64,000 nucleotides of DNA, from NCBI GenBank assembly GCA_014653715.1, contig JACWEB010000001.1, positions 84,798 through 148,797 on the forward strand, given 5' to 3'. Below, piece by piece: positions 11,247 to 20,043 of this stretch; within the stretch, counting starts at the first letter, position 1; each line of letters begins with the position of its first letter. The translations under genes and the position numbers were made by a program. The stretch is from Pelagibacterales bacterium SAG-MED31. Lineage in GTDB: Bacteria > Pseudomonadota > Alphaproteobacteria > HIMB59 > GCA-002718135. The notes under the pieces are model-generated. The model saw only the letters and a program-made list of their open reading frames with translations. It was not told where the DNA came from and did no database searches.

Positions 11247-11330
11247 ATGAAAAATGAAAATCCTAACCCACCTAAGTGTGGCTGTAGCTGTAGCTGTTGT
11301 TGTACTTGTGAAGGTGGAGGGTGTTGTTAG
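11247..11330 (+). CDS. Candidate 27-aa cysteine-rich (metallothionein-like) micro-protein
   Basis: Hand-translated: ATG 11247 to TAG 11328-11330 gives MKNENPNPPKCGCSCSCCCTCEGGGCC (9 Cys). It is too short for the ORF track. It forms a local G+C spike in the spacer, has purine-rich GAGAAAG at 11238-11244, and is followed by a plus-strand terminator. It competes with the overlapping frame at 11254..11343. Confidence 0.3.
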   Translation: MKNENPNPPKCGCSCSCCCTCEGGGCC

Positions 11331-11343
11331 ATTAACACCCTAA
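11254..11343 (+). CDS. Alternative-frame candidate 29-aa hydrophobic micro-protein
   Basis: ATG 11254 to TAA 11341-11343 gives MKILTHLSVAVAVAVVVLVKVEGVVRLTP, a single-helix-like peptide. GAGAAAG lies 9 nt upstream, which is better SD spacing than for 11247. Its codons end mostly in A/T, as elsewhere in the window. It is mutually exclusive with, or dual-coded with, the Cys-rich frame. Confidence 0.3.
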   Translation: MKILTHLSVAVAVAVVVLVKVEGVVRLTP

Positions 11344-11357
11344 AGTTCCACCTTTTT
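11313..11357 (+). terminator. Intrinsic terminator for a plus-strand transcript in the murJ/znuA spacer
   Basis: The stem is GGTGGAGGGTGTT (11313-11325), an 8-nt loop, AACACCC (11334-11340), a 6-nt bulge, then TCCACC (11347-11352). TTTTT follows at 11353-11357. On the minus strand no T-tract follows the stem. Confidence 0.55.
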
Positions 11358-11370
11358 ATATTATTTAATA

Positions 11371-12510
11371 TTAACAACTCTTAAGTTCATTACCTAAATT
11401 ACTTATCAATTTAAAGTAAAGATCTTTATCAGAATTAATATTTGCTCCTAGAGGATCAAAGACACCCGTTTTGATATTAGTGTCCTCTGCAATTGTTGAA
11501 ATTATCTTTGGATTAAATTGAGGTTCAGAGAAAATACAATTAATTCCTCTATCTTTAATTACATCCTGAATTTCATCAATTTGTTTAGCTCCAGGTAAAA
11601 CATCAGTATTTAATGTTAATGCTCCTGCTGCTCTGACACCAAAACGCTCTTCAAAATATTGATAAGCATCATGGAATACGACAAATTTTGCGTCCTTATT
11701 AATATCTTTACTGACATCTTTAATCAGTTGATCAAGTGCAATAATAGTTGCCTCAGCATTAGCTTCATATTTATCCTTATTCGCAGGATCTAAATCACCT
11801 AATTCGTGAGCAATTTCGTGAACCATTTCTTTGGCATTGCTTGGATCTAACCATATGTGAGCATCAAACTCTCCATGGTTGTGACCTTCATGTCCAGCAT
11901 GATCATCATGATCGTCGTGATCGTCGTGGTCATCATGGTCTTCATGGTCTTCATCATGATCGTCATGATCATCATGGTCTTCATCATGATCGTCATGATC
12001 ATCATGGTCTTCATCGTGGTCATCATGATCTTCATCATGATCGTCGTGATCATCGTGGTCATCATGATCATCATGGTCTTCGTCATGGTCTTCGTCGTGA
12101 TCATCATGATCATCATGGTCGTCATGATCACCATAGATACTTTCTTCTCTAAATTTTAACTTTTCAATGCTATCAACTTCCATAAACTCAACAACTTCAG
12201 CATTTTTAACAATTGACTCAAGAGGTCTTTCCATAAAAGTTTCAATGCCTTCACCAACCCAAAATATAATATCAGCTTCTTCTAGAAGTTTTGCATGAGA
12301 AGGTTTTAACGTAAAGCTATGTGGAGATGTGCTGCCTTCAATTATTAATGACGGCTCACCAACACCATCCATAACATTCGCAATTAATGAATGTAGAGGT
12401 TTTATAGTGGTAACAACTTTTATTTCTGCTCGTACAGGCGCTGTAGCAATAAGCAAAAAAGAGAAAATTGTTACTTTTAATAAGTTTAGTAGATAATTAT
12501 TCTGTTTCAT
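11371..12510 (-). CDS. znuA: Zinc ABC transporter substrate-binding protein ZnuA with hyper-extended His/Asp loop
   Basis: The ORF track gives 11371..12570. I prefer ATG 12510 (MKQNNYLLNLLKVTIFSFLLIATAPVRAE, signal-like) because the upstream 60 nt contain the Zur-box palindrome. The protein has the cluster A-I binding-protein layout. A loop of about 88 residues consists almost only of D/E/H. It is divergent from znuCB-zur. Confidence 0.9.
   Translation of the reverse strand: MKQNNYLLNLLKVTIFSFLLIATAPVRAEIKVVTTIKPLHSLIANVMDGVGEPSLIIEGSTSPHSFTLKPSHAKLLEEADIIFWVGEGIETFMERPLESIVKNAEVVEFMEVDSIEKLKFREESIYGDHDDHDDHDDHDEDHDEDHDDHDDHDDHDDHDEDHDDHDEDHDDHDDHDEDHDDHDDHDEDHEDHDDHDDHDDHDDHAGHEGHNHGEFDAHIWLDPSNAKEMVHEIAHELGDLDPANKDKYEANAEATIIALDQLIKDVSKDINKDAKFVVFHDAYQYFEERFGVRAAGALTLNTDVLPGAKQIDEIQDVIKDRGINCIFSEPQFNPKIISTIAEDTNIKTGVFDPLGANINSDKDLYFKLISNLGNELKSC
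11946..12005. repeat. Perfect 30-bp x2 tandem repeat inside the ZnuA His/Asp-loop coding region
   Basis: GGTCTTCATCATGATCGTCATGATCATCAT occurs at 11946-11975 and again at 11976-12005. A third copy diverges after 9 nt. Both sit in a longer imperfect GAT/CAT/GTC array at about 11880-12135. Confidence 0.9.
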
Positions 12511-12548
12511 ATTATTTTTTTTCAGATATAGGTTTGTTAAATTAAAAA

Positions 12549-12565
12549 ATGTTATAATATAACAT
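12549..12565. promoter_or_regulatory. Zur box in the divergent znuA / znuCB-zur promoter region
   Basis: ATGTTATA-A-TATAACAT is a perfect 8-1-8 palindrome. It matches the core of the enterobacterial and alphaproteobacterial Zur operator (..ATGTTATAxTATAACAT..). It lies 20 nt upstream of the znuC ATG and 39 nt upstream of the preferred znuA ATG. Confidence 0.8.
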
Positions 12566-12584
12566 ATCAAATTGTAAACAAAAA

Positions 12585-13325
12585 ATGGATCAAAATAAAT
12601 TACTTGTTAAATTAGAAAAAGCAGGTGTCTATAGGTCATCTAAATGGCTTGTGAGAGGTATTTCTCTTGAAATAAATCAAGGTCAAATTGTAACACTTAT
12701 TGGCCCCAATGGTTCTGGAAAAACAACAACAGCCAAAATGATATTAAATATTTTGAATACAGACGAAGGTTTTGTGACAGGAAATGCTAATAAGATGGCA
12801 TACGTTCCTCAGAAAATTAATATTGATTGGACAATGCCTCTGCGTGTCATTGATTTTATGAAAATCACAAGCAGCCTTAATAATACTGAGATCACTGAGT
12901 CCTTAGTTATGACAGGTGTTGATAAATTACTCTATAATCAGATCCATAGTTTGTCAGGTGGTGAATTTCAACGTGTTTTAATTGCAAGAGCGATAGCAAA
13001 AAAACCAGATCTATTAGTATTAGATGAACCTGTACAGGGAGTTGATTTTAATGGGGAGATAGCCCTCTATAATCTTATCAAAGATATTTCTGTTAACTTA
13101 AATTGTGGTATCTTATTAATTTCGCATGATATGCATTTTGTCATGTCTACTACCGATCATGTTATCTGTTTAAATGGACATATATGTTGTTCTGGATCAC
13201 CAAGCAATGTTGTAAAAAATCCAGAATATATAAAATTATTTGGTGAACATAACTCAGAGACCTTATCTTATTATCAACATCAACACGATCATTCACACGA
13301 TCATGATGGAAGTATATCTAAATAA
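12585..13325 (+). CDS. znuC: Zinc ABC transporter ATP-binding protein ZnuC
   Basis: Walker A GPNGSGKTT, signature LSGGEFQR, Walker B LLVLDEP. His-rich C-terminal tail HQHDHSHDHD. Confidence 0.9.
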   Translation: MDQNKLLVKLEKAGVYRSSKWLVRGISLEINQGQIVTLIGPNGSGKTTTAKMILNILNTDEGFVTGNANKMAYVPQKINIDWTMPLRVIDFMKITSSLNNTEITESLVMTGVDKLLYNQIHSLSGGEFQRVLIARAIAKKPDLLVLDEPVQGVDFNGEIALYNLIKDISVNLNCGILLISHDMHFVMSTTDHVICLNGHICCSGSPSNVVKNPEYIKLFGEHNSETLSYYQHQHDHSHDHDGSISK

Positions 13326-14128
13326 TGTTTGATGATTTTTTTATTCGCGCATTAATTGCAGGTATCGGCATTGCTATTGTAACTGGCCCGCTTGGTTGTC
13401 TAGTTATATGGCGAAGGCTTTCTTATTTCGGCGATACGTTATCACACTCAGCCTTACTCGGTGTGACACTAGCTTATGCTTTTAGTATTAATATATCTCT
13501 ATCCGTATTTATCATATCTGGAACAGTAGCATTACTTCTACTCAGTTTACAAAAAAGAACAAAGTTAGCGGGAGACTCTTTACTTGGACTGTTAGCGCAT
13601 TCAACTCTAGCAATTGGCCTGGTATTAATTGGTTTTCTATCCTCCATTCGTTTTGATTTAATGGGATTATTATTTGGAGATATATTGGCCGTCACTGTTG
13701 AAGATATTTTTATTATCTGGTTTGGTGGATTAATTATTTTAGGAATATTATTTTACATTTGGAAATCAATATTTGCCGCGACTGTTAATTATGATTTAGC
13801 AGCTGCTGAGGGAATGAAGCCAGATTTATCTAATTTTATTTTTACTCTACTCCTAGCTGGTGTAATTGCTATTTCGATAAAAATGATTGGGGCCTTACTT
13901 ATAACAGGCTTACTTTTAATACCTGCTGCTACGGCAAGAAGCTTAAGCAGCAATCCACGTCAAATGGTTATACTATCAATTTTAGTAGGAATTATCTCAG
14001 TAATATTGGGTTTATTTAGTTCGTTAGAGCTTAATACAGCCTCAGGTCCATCAATCATTGTTGCCGCATTAGTGTTATTTATTCTTTCATTAATATCATT
14101 TAAAAGAAGCGGCGCATTGCAAAAATGA
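13325..14128 (+). CDS. znuB: Zinc ABC transporter permease ZnuB
   Basis: 267-aa polytopic membrane protein of the ABC-3 type, start overlapping the znuC stop. Context: znuC upstream, zur downstream. Confidence 0.9.
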   Translation: MFDDFFIRALIAGIGIAIVTGPLGCLVIWRRLSYFGDTLSHSALLGVTLAYAFSINISLSVFIISGTVALLLLSLQKRTKLAGDSLLGLLAHSTLAIGLVLIGFLSSIRFDLMGLLFGDILAVTVEDIFIIWFGGLIILGILFYIWKSIFAATVNYDLAAAEGMKPDLSNFIFTLLLAGVIAISIKMIGALLITGLLLIPAATARSLSSNPRQMVILSILVGIISVILGLFSSLELNTASGPSIIVAALVLFILSLISFKRSGALQK

Positions 14129-14151
14129 AAACAATTTGATATCTAAATAGT

Positions 14152-14580
14152 ATGGCTCTTTCAGCAGAAAAATTAACAAATAACCAACAAACAGTTCTCG
14201 ATTTATTAGAAAAATCAAAAGAACCATTAAAAGCATATGCCATTCTTTATGATACGCAAAAAAAAGGAATTAAAGCGCCACTTCAAGTCTACCGTGCTTT
14301 AGATAAGCTCATTGAAATTGGTAAGGTTCATAAAATAGAGAGTCGAAATTCCTATATTGCATGCGAGCATAAAAACTGTAACTCATCGACATCTACTTCT
14401 TTTTTAATTTGTGAAACATGTGATCAGGTGAGTGAATTAACACAAAAGAACTTACCTTCCTATTTTGCAAAACAAAGTGAGCAGGCTGATTTTAAATACG
14501 CAAAACATAATTTAGAAATTTATGGTGTGTGTAAAGACTGCAGTAAATCCCTCGTGGTTGGTGGTAAAATAGATCACTAG
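14152..14580 (+). CDS. zur: Fur-family zinc uptake regulator Zur
   Basis: 142 aa with an N-terminal winged-helix region. The Cys pairs CEHKNC, CETC and CKDC are typical of Fur-family structural and sensing Zn sites. It is the last gene of znuCB-zur. Confidence 0.75.
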   Translation: MALSAEKLTNNQQTVLDLLEKSKEPLKAYAILYDTQKKGIKAPLQVYRALDKLIEIGKVHKIESRNSYIACEHKNCNSSTSTSFLICETCDQVSELTQKNLPSYFAKQSEQADFKYAKHNLEIYGVCKDCSKSLVVGGKIDH

Positions 14581-14582
14581 GC

Positions 14583-15011
14583 TTATTCACTAAAGTGAGA
14601 GTCGTATTTGGTTCTAATATTTTCTGGCCACATACTTTTAATATATTCAAGTATTGACCAAACATCATCTTCGCTAAGATCTTCATTACCCAACATCTTG
14701 CCTTTATAATTTGGATCAAATTTTTTGTACCCGTAACGGATGATTTGAAATAATTGATCAGGTGAATGATGCCATGTATGGGCTGTGCCATTTAATGGAG
14801 GTGGTAAACGTTGACCATCTTCATCAACTCCTGTTTTCCAATCAGGCTTTCCTGCTAAATTCATCATATGACAAGAAGAACAGTTTTTGTTGTACAATTC
14901 CATTCCTTTAAACAAATCAATATTTTTACTAATAGAAACTGTATTGAATAATAAAAAAATAATAAAAAATGTCCAAAAAATAACTAAATTACTAAATCTT
15001 GAATTGTTCAT
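14583..15011 (-). CDS. Periplasmic mono-haem c-type cytochrome
   Basis: N-terminal hydrophobic signal or anchor, and a single CSSCH haem-attachment motif. Confidence 0.6.
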   Translation of the reverse strand: MNNSRFSNLVIFWTFFIIFLLFNTVSISKNIDLFKGMELYNKNCSSCHMMNLAGKPDWKTGVDEDGQRLPPPLNGTAHTWHHSPDQLFQIIRYGYKKFDPNYKGKMLGNEDLSEDDVWSILEYIKSMWPENIRTKYDSHFSE

Positions 15012-15081
15012 ATTACACTTACATATTTATAATATATATAAAATCAAACAAATAGATGAGCAAAACTACTACTAAATAATC

Positions 15082-15765
15082 TTACAAACCAAAACTATAC
15101 CCAGCAGAACGCACTGTTCTTATATAATCTTCTTTAACATCATTATTAATTGCTTTTCGAAGTCTTCGTATATGCACGTCTACTGTTCTTGGCTCAACAA
15201 AAGCTTCATCTTTCCAAACGTGATTTAGTAATTGCTCTCTAGAAAATACTCTTCCGATATTCTCCATAAAAAAAACTAATAAATTAAATTCGGTTGGCCC
15301 AAGATGAATCGTTTCATTATCTCTATTGACACTATGAGATACTAAATCAACAACAATACCTTTGTATGATAATACTTCTTCGGCAAACATGGGACGAATT
15401 CTTCTTAGCACTGCTTTTACTCTTGCCATAAGTTCATTCACTGAAAAAGGTTTTGTTATATAATCATCAGCCCCTGTTTCTAATCCTCGTAAACGATCAT
15501 CTTCTTCTCCTCTTGCTGTTAACATAATAATAGGAAGATTTTTTATTTCTTTATTTTTTCGAATACGTCGACATAACTCAATTCCAGATAACTTTGGTAA
15601 CATCCAATCTAAAACTAAAAGATCAGGACCTTTATGTAAAATTTTTTCAAGCGCCGTTTCTCCATCCATTGCAGTATCAACTTTAAAACCATCTTTGGTA
15701 AAATTAAATTTTAATAGCTCTAGTAGAGAGTTTTCATCTTCAACGATTAAGACTTTTAATTTCAT
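15082..15765 (-). CDS. phoB: Phosphate regulon response regulator PhoB
   Basis: Receiver domain (LIVEDE..., DLLVLDWMLPKLSG) plus an OmpR/PhoB winged-helix output (RTVDVHIRRLRKAI). It is the terminal gene of the pst-phoU-phoB operon. Confidence 0.85.
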   Translation of the reverse strand: MKLKVLIVEDENSLLELLKFNFTKDGFKVDTAMDGETALEKILHKGPDLLVLDWMLPKLSGIELCRRIRKNKEIKNLPIIMLTARGEEDDRLRGLETGADDYITKPFSVNELMARVKAVLRRIRPMFAEEVLSYKGIVVDLVSHSVNRDNETIHLGPTEFNLLVFFMENIGRVFSREQLLNHVWKDEAFVEPRTVDVHIRRLRKAINNDVKEDYIRTVRSAGYSFGL

Positions 15766-15788
15766 TATTTATTTTTTAATAAATTTTT

Positions 15789-15806
15789 ATTACAATTTAA
15801 TTACAA
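15789..15806 (-). promoter_or_regulatory. Pho-box-like phased direct repeat upstream of phoB
   Basis: The minus strand reads TTGTAAT-TAAA-TTGTAAT (7+4+7, 11-bp phase). It fills the phoU-phoB spacer, abutting the phoU stop codon (15807-15809). It lies only 23 nt from the phoB ATG, so promoter geometry is tight. Confidence 0.45.
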
Positions 15807-16532
15807 TCATTTTTTTTTCTTTAGCGGTTTTATCGCTTCCCATTCTCTATCAGGTCCTTCATTGTATAGAGGTTCTCCTGATACCGCATAGTAAATATCT
15901 TCAGCAATATTCTGCACATAATCACCTGCTCTCTCTAAATCTTTAACCATATAGAGAAGATTTGTGCATGCAGAAATTCTCTTTGGATCTTCCATCATAT
16001 AGGTAAGAAGTTGTCTAAGAATACCAAGATATTCATCGTCTATTTCTTCATCCATTTTCCATACAACTTTAGCTTCTTCTGCAGAAAAATTAACAAATGA
16101 TTGTATCACTTTTCCGATCATAATCTGTACATGCTCACCCATTCTTAAGATATCACGGACAGGTTTTTCTGGTAAAACAAGTTCAATCATCGCTGTTCGC
16201 TTTGCAATATTTGTTGCGTGATCACCGAGCCTTTCAAGATCTTTATTCATTTTAATAGCTGAGAAAATTGTCCGTAAGTCCGTTGCCATAGGTTGTCTTT
16301 TACCCAAGATAAGAACAAGATTTTGATCAAGTTCTCTAAATTTTTCATCAATTAAATTATCATCTTCTGTCACTTTCTCTGCCAATTCTGTATCTTGATT
16401 TTTTAACGCACTTAAGGCTCTTTTTAATTGATTCTCCACTAAGCTTCCTATGTCTAAGATGTTATTATTAATTTCTTTCATCTCATCGTCATAAGATTTA
16501 ACGATATGTTTATCTTGTTCCATGTTATCCAA
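15807..16532 (-). CDS. phoU: Phosphate signalling complex protein PhoU
   Basis: 241 aa with two PhoU repeats carrying acidic metal-binding motifs ([18 protein letters not shown]). It follows pstB with an 8-nt overlap. Confidence 0.85.
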   Translation of the reverse strand: MDNMEQDKHIVKSYDDEMKEINNNILDIGSLVENQLKRALSALKNQDTELAEKVTEDDNLIDEKFRELDQNLVLILGKRQPMATDLRTIFSAIKMNKDLERLGDHATNIAKRTAMIELVLPEKPVRDILRMGEHVQIMIGKVIQSFVNFSAEEAKVVWKMDEEIDDEYLGILRQLLTYMMEDPKRISACTNLLYMVKDLERAGDYVQNIAEDIYYAVSGEPLYNEGPDREWEAIKPLKKKK

Positions 16533-17286
16533 ACCTTCCTGTTATATATCCTTGTGTTTTTTCGTTTTCAGGATTTGTAAAAATTTTTTGTGTCTCTCCA
16601 GTCTCCACAAGTTCACCTAAATGAAAAAAACCTGTTCGTTGCGATACTCTTGCTGCTTGCTGCATTGAGTGTGTTACTATTACAATTGTATATTTGTTTT
16701 TAAGTTCATCAATTAATTCCTCTATTGTTGCTGTTGCAATTGGATCTAATGCTGAGCAAGGCTCATCCATTAAAATAATATCAGGATTAACTGCAATGGC
16801 ACGAGCGATGCATAACCGTTGTTGCTGACCGCCAGACAAACTAGTCCCTGGTTCATGCAAACGATCTTTTACTTCTTTTAACAGTCCTGCTCTTTTTAAA
16901 GATGAATGAACTATCTCTTCTAAATCTGTTTTAGTCTCGACGATTCCATGAATAGTTGGTCCGTAAGCTACATTATCAAAAATAGATTTTGGAAAAGGAT
17001 TTGGTTTTTGAAAAACCATACCAATTTTGGATCGAAGACTTACGACATCAACTTCATCCGAAATAATTTCTTCATTATCAACTGTAATAGATCCATCTAC
17101 TTTACAAATATCAATTAAATCATTCATTCTATTTATACATCTTAGAAAAGTAGATTTACCACAACCAGAAGGTCCAATCAGTGCTGTAACTTCCTTTTCA
17201 TTGATATCAAGTGTTACTCGATGAAGTGCTTGCTTAGTGCCGTAATGCACATTCACATTTTTGGTAGACACTTTTACATTGTTCAT
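16525..17286 (-). CDS. pstB: Phosphate ABC transporter ATP-binding protein PstB
   Basis: Walker [24 protein letters not shown]. The ORF track starts at TTG 17304. I prefer ATG 17286 (MNNVKV...), preceded by AGAGGAAG and placed 1 nt after the pstA TAA. Confidence 0.9.
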   Translation of the reverse strand: MNNVKVSTKNVNVHYGTKQALHRVTLDINEKEVTALIGPSGCGKSTFLRCINRMNDLIDICKVDGSITVDNEEIISDEVDVVSLRSKIGMVFQKPNPFPKSIFDNVAYGPTIHGIVETKTDLEEIVHSSLKRAGLLKEVKDRLHEPGTSLSGGQQQRLCIARAIAVNPDIILMDEPCSALDPIATATIEELIDELKNKYTIVIVTHSMQQAARVSQRTGFFHLGELVETGETQKIFTNPENEKTQGYITGRFG

Positions 17287-17287
17287 A

Positions 17288-18568
17288 TTACCACTTCCTC
17301 TCAAATCTACTTCGTAAGAATACTGCTATAGCATTCATTAAAAATAAAAAAATTAATATCATCATTATTGCGGCAGCTGTTTTTTCCTGAAAACCTCTTT
17401 CTGCACTTTCTACCCATAGATATATCTGAACAGGAAGAGCAGCTGAGGGTTCGGTGAAACCTGTTGGAATATTGGGAATAAAAGCAATCATACCAATCAT
17501 AATTAAAGGCGCCGTTTCTCCTAAGGCTTGAGCTAAACCAATTATTGTCCCCGTTAATGTACCCGGTAATGCTAAAGGAACTTGGTGATGGAAAACTGCC
17601 TGCATTTTTGAAGCTCCCATTGCTAAAGCGCCTTCTTTTATCGAAGGTGGAACCGCTTTGAGAGATGCTCGGCATGCTATAATAATCGTTGGGAGTGTCA
17701 TTAATGCCAAAACAGTTCCTCCTACTAAAGGAGTGCTTCTTGGAAATCCAAAAACATTTAACAGGATTCCCAATCCTAATAAACCAAACACAATAGAAGG
17801 GACTGCTGCTAAATTTGCAATATTGACTTCTATGAGTTCTGTAAATTTATTTTTTGGTGCAAATTCTTCCAAGTAAATTGACGCCCCAATGCCTATTGGA
17901 AACGCTAATAAAAAAACTGTGATTAAAGTAAATAAAGATCCTACAAAAGAGCCCGCAATACCCGCTAGCTCAGGATGTCTAGAATCCGCATTGGTGAAAA
18001 AGAAATTATTGAATTTTGATTTTAATCTTCCAGTAAAAACAAATTCATCGAAAAATTCCAACTGTCTATCATTCAATTTTCTTTTTTTCTCTTCAATATC
18101 ACGTTTAGCATTTCCTTTTAACATTTGATCTACATCACTATGCGCTGTAACTAAAAGCTTCTGCGTAGTGTTTAGGATATTTGGATTTTGTAAAAAATAC
18201 TCTTTAATTTCCTTATCAACATTTATTGAAAACATTTTTTTCATTAACTTAATATCCTTTTTACTTAAGTCAGGTAGCGCATTCGCTATGGCGTTTTTCT
18301 TTACTTTAAAAAATTTAGCTTCTACTTGTTCTTCATAAGTTGCGTTGGGTGTAATTTTTAACGTTTCCTGATCAAACGTTACGTCTAGTTCAATGACTGT
18401 TTTTTGAAAGGAAGAGTATCCCTTAGAAAAAATTGTAAATAATAAAAAAAATAAAATTGCCATTCCTATTACGGTGGCTATTAATCCATAGGTTTTAAAA
18501 CGACGATCAGCTGCGCTTCTTTTTTTTCGTAACTGAATTATTTTTTCATGTGAGAATTGATTACTCAT
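17288..18568 (-). CDS. pstA: Phosphate ABC transporter permease PstA (long form)
   Basis: 426 aa. One N-terminal helix, a large loop, then a permease core with an EAA-like region (ALGETAPL). It lies between pstC and pstB. Confidence 0.85.
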   Translation of the reverse strand: MSNQFSHEKIIQLRKKRSAADRRFKTYGLIATVIGMAILFFLLFTIFSKGYSSFQKTVIELDVTFDQETLKITPNATYEEQVEAKFFKVKKNAIANALPDLSKKDIKLMKKMFSINVDKEIKEYFLQNPNILNTTQKLLVTAHSDVDQMLKGNAKRDIEEKKRKLNDRQLEFFDEFVFTGRLKSKFNNFFFTNADSRHPELAGIAGSFVGSLFTLITVFLLAFPIGIGASIYLEEFAPKNKFTELIEVNIANLAAVPSIVFGLLGLGILLNVFGFPRSTPLVGGTVLALMTLPTIIIACRASLKAVPPSIKEGALAMGASKMQAVFHHQVPLALPGTLTGTIIGLAQALGETAPLIMIGMIAFIPNIPTGFTEPSAALPVQIYLWVESAERGFQEKTAAAIMMILIFLFLMNAIAVFLRSRFERKW

Positions 18569-19934
18569 AGCGCTCTCTATATTTTTTCACAATTCTTAAA
18601 GCAAAAATATTAAGAATTAATGTAATGACAAATAATACTAATCCCAAAGCAAAAGCAGATAAAGTTCTTGGATCATCAAATTCTTGATCACCTATTAGGG
18701 CAATTACAATTTGGACGGTAACGGTAGTGACATTTTCAAAGGGATTGGCTGTTAAATTTGGAGCTGTTCCAGCCGCCACAACGACAATCATTGTCTCTCC
18801 TATAGCCCTTGAAACTCCTAATAAAAAAGCACCAACAATTCCAGGCAGTGCTGCTGGCAAGATGACTCTTTTAATTGTTTCCGCTTTATTTGCACCAATG
18901 CCCAAAGAGCCTTCTCTTAAACTTTGAGGAACAGAATTGATAACATCATCTGATAATGACGATATAAAAGGAATAATCATAATGCCCATCACTAACCCTG
19001 CTGCAAGAGCACTCGTGGGTGAAGCATCAATACCAATTGATTGCCCAAATGTTTTTACAAAAGGCGCAACAGTGACAAATGCAAAAAACCCATAAACTAT
19101 TGTCGGTACGCCAGCTAAAATTTCTAAAAGAGGTTTGATAATTCTTCTTACTCTTGGTGATGCATATTCTGCCAAGTAAATAGCAGTAAATAAACCAATA
19201 GGCGTAGCTACACACATGGCAACAATCATTATTAAAAATGTCCCAGCAAAAATTGGTACTGCACCAAATGATCCTTGTGATCCTGACTGTCCTTCGCGAA
19301 TTGGAATGTAAGGATACCACTTTGTTCCAAATAAAAATTCAAATACAGATACATCAGAAAAAAATCGTAAACTTTCAAATAATAATGAAAAGACGATTCC
19401 AACAGTTGTTAACACTGCAACAGAGGAGCAAAAAAATAAAAAATATTTAACATAATTTTCAATTGATTGTTGTGCACGAAAAGAAGGTTGCAGTTTTCTA
19501 GAAGCAAACATCACACCCAAAATCATAACAATTAAAATCGATAAATAAAAAGAAATTGAGCTTACATATTTAATTGAAGCGTAGTGTTCAGCAGCATTTA
19601 ATATTTCAATTGCCTTGCCTTCAGCAAACGAGTCACTAAGAGCGACATTTTTTATTTCTGCAATTAATAAGCTTGCATTAAGGGCAGGATTCAAATCAAA
19701 ATCAAAATTAGCAAGGACAAGATTTTGAATAATCTGATCTTCAAAAATAATCCAACCAAAATACACTATAAGAGCAGGGAGTAAGCACCAAACCATAATG
19801 TATTGCGCGTAATACGTTGGCAGGGAAGCTGTCTTAATTTCTAATTGTCTAGAATTTGAAGTTATGCGTGATTTGCCAAAAATATAAGCAGAGTAAATGC
19901 CAAGTAAAATGATTATTAGAGACCAGTAAAACAT
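18561..19934 (-). CDS. pstC: Phosphate ABC transporter permease PstC (long form)
   Basis: 457-aa polytopic protein with an EAA-like AIGETMIV. 8-nt overlap with pstA. Confidence 0.85.
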   Translation of the reverse strand: MFYWSLIIILLGIYSAYIFGKSRITSNSRQLEIKTASLPTYYAQYIMVWCLLPALIVYFGWIIFEDQIIQNLVLANFDFDLNPALNASLLIAEIKNVALSDSFAEGKAIEILNAAEHYASIKYVSSISFYLSILIVMILGVMFASRKLQPSFRAQQSIENYVKYFLFFCSSVAVLTTVGIVFSLLFESLRFFSDVSVFEFLFGTKWYPYIPIREGQSGSQGSFGAVPIFAGTFLIMIVAMCVATPIGLFTAIYLAEYASPRVRRIIKPLLEILAGVPTIVYGFFAFVTVAPFVKTFGQSIGIDASPTSALAAGLVMGIMIIPFISSLSDDVINSVPQSLREGSLGIGANKAETIKRVILPAALPGIVGAFLLGVSRAIGETMIVVVAAGTAPNLTANPFENVTTVTVQIVIALIGDQEFDDPRTLSAFALGLVLFVITLILNIFALRIVKKYRERYE

Positions 19935-19964
19935 GCAAATGAAAGAATGGAATACTAAAGTTTT

Positions 19965-19982
19965 ATTACAATTATATTACAA
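19965..19982 (-). promoter_or_regulatory. Pho-box-like phased direct repeat upstream of pstC
   Basis: The minus strand reads TTGTAAT-ATAA-TTGTAAT. It lies between the pstS terminator hairpin and the pstC ATG (30 nt away), with TAGTAT as a possible -10. Confidence 0.45.
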
Positions 19983-20003
19983 TAAAATTAAGATATAAAA
20001 AAA

Positions 20004-20022
20004 AGAGGGGAAAATCCCCTCT
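20004..20022 (-). terminator. Intrinsic terminator/attenuator after pstS
   Basis: AGAGGGGA-AAA-TCCCCTCT forms an 8-bp GC-rich stem flanked by an A-run and a T-run, so it is bidirectional. On the minus strand it follows the pstS stop by 21 nt and is followed by TTTTTTTT. Confidence 0.8.
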
Positions 20023-20043
20023 TTTTATTCAATTTAATTAAGA

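Noticed and set aside
11880-12135. Tandem repeats checked as a possible CRISPR or minisatellite locus.
   Set aside because: The repeats are contiguous with no spacers, remain in frame with znuA, and translate to the His/Asp loop. This is coding repeat expansion, not a CRISPR array.
11841-12159. Three overlapping track ORFs (11841-12152 +, 11847-12134 -, 11857-12159 +) encoding H/D/R-, M/T/I- or V/I/M-repeat proteins.
   Set aside because: They are alternative reading frames of the GAT/CAT repeat array that encodes the ZnuA His/Asp loop. They stay open only because the repeat lacks stop codons.
14492-14791. 99-aa minus-strand ORF overlapping the zur 3' end and the cytochrome c gene.
   Set aside because: It is out of frame with the CxxCH-containing cytochrome ORF on the same strand and overlaps zur. 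It has no motif.
17307-19450. Six track ORFs inside pstA and pstC (17307-17675, 17658-17876, 17889-18128, 18727-18927, 19027-19320, 19238-19450).
   Set aside because: They are out-of-frame or antisense to the membrane permease genes, which have clear family features. This is typical shadow-ORF behaviour in the less AT-rich membrane-coding stretches.
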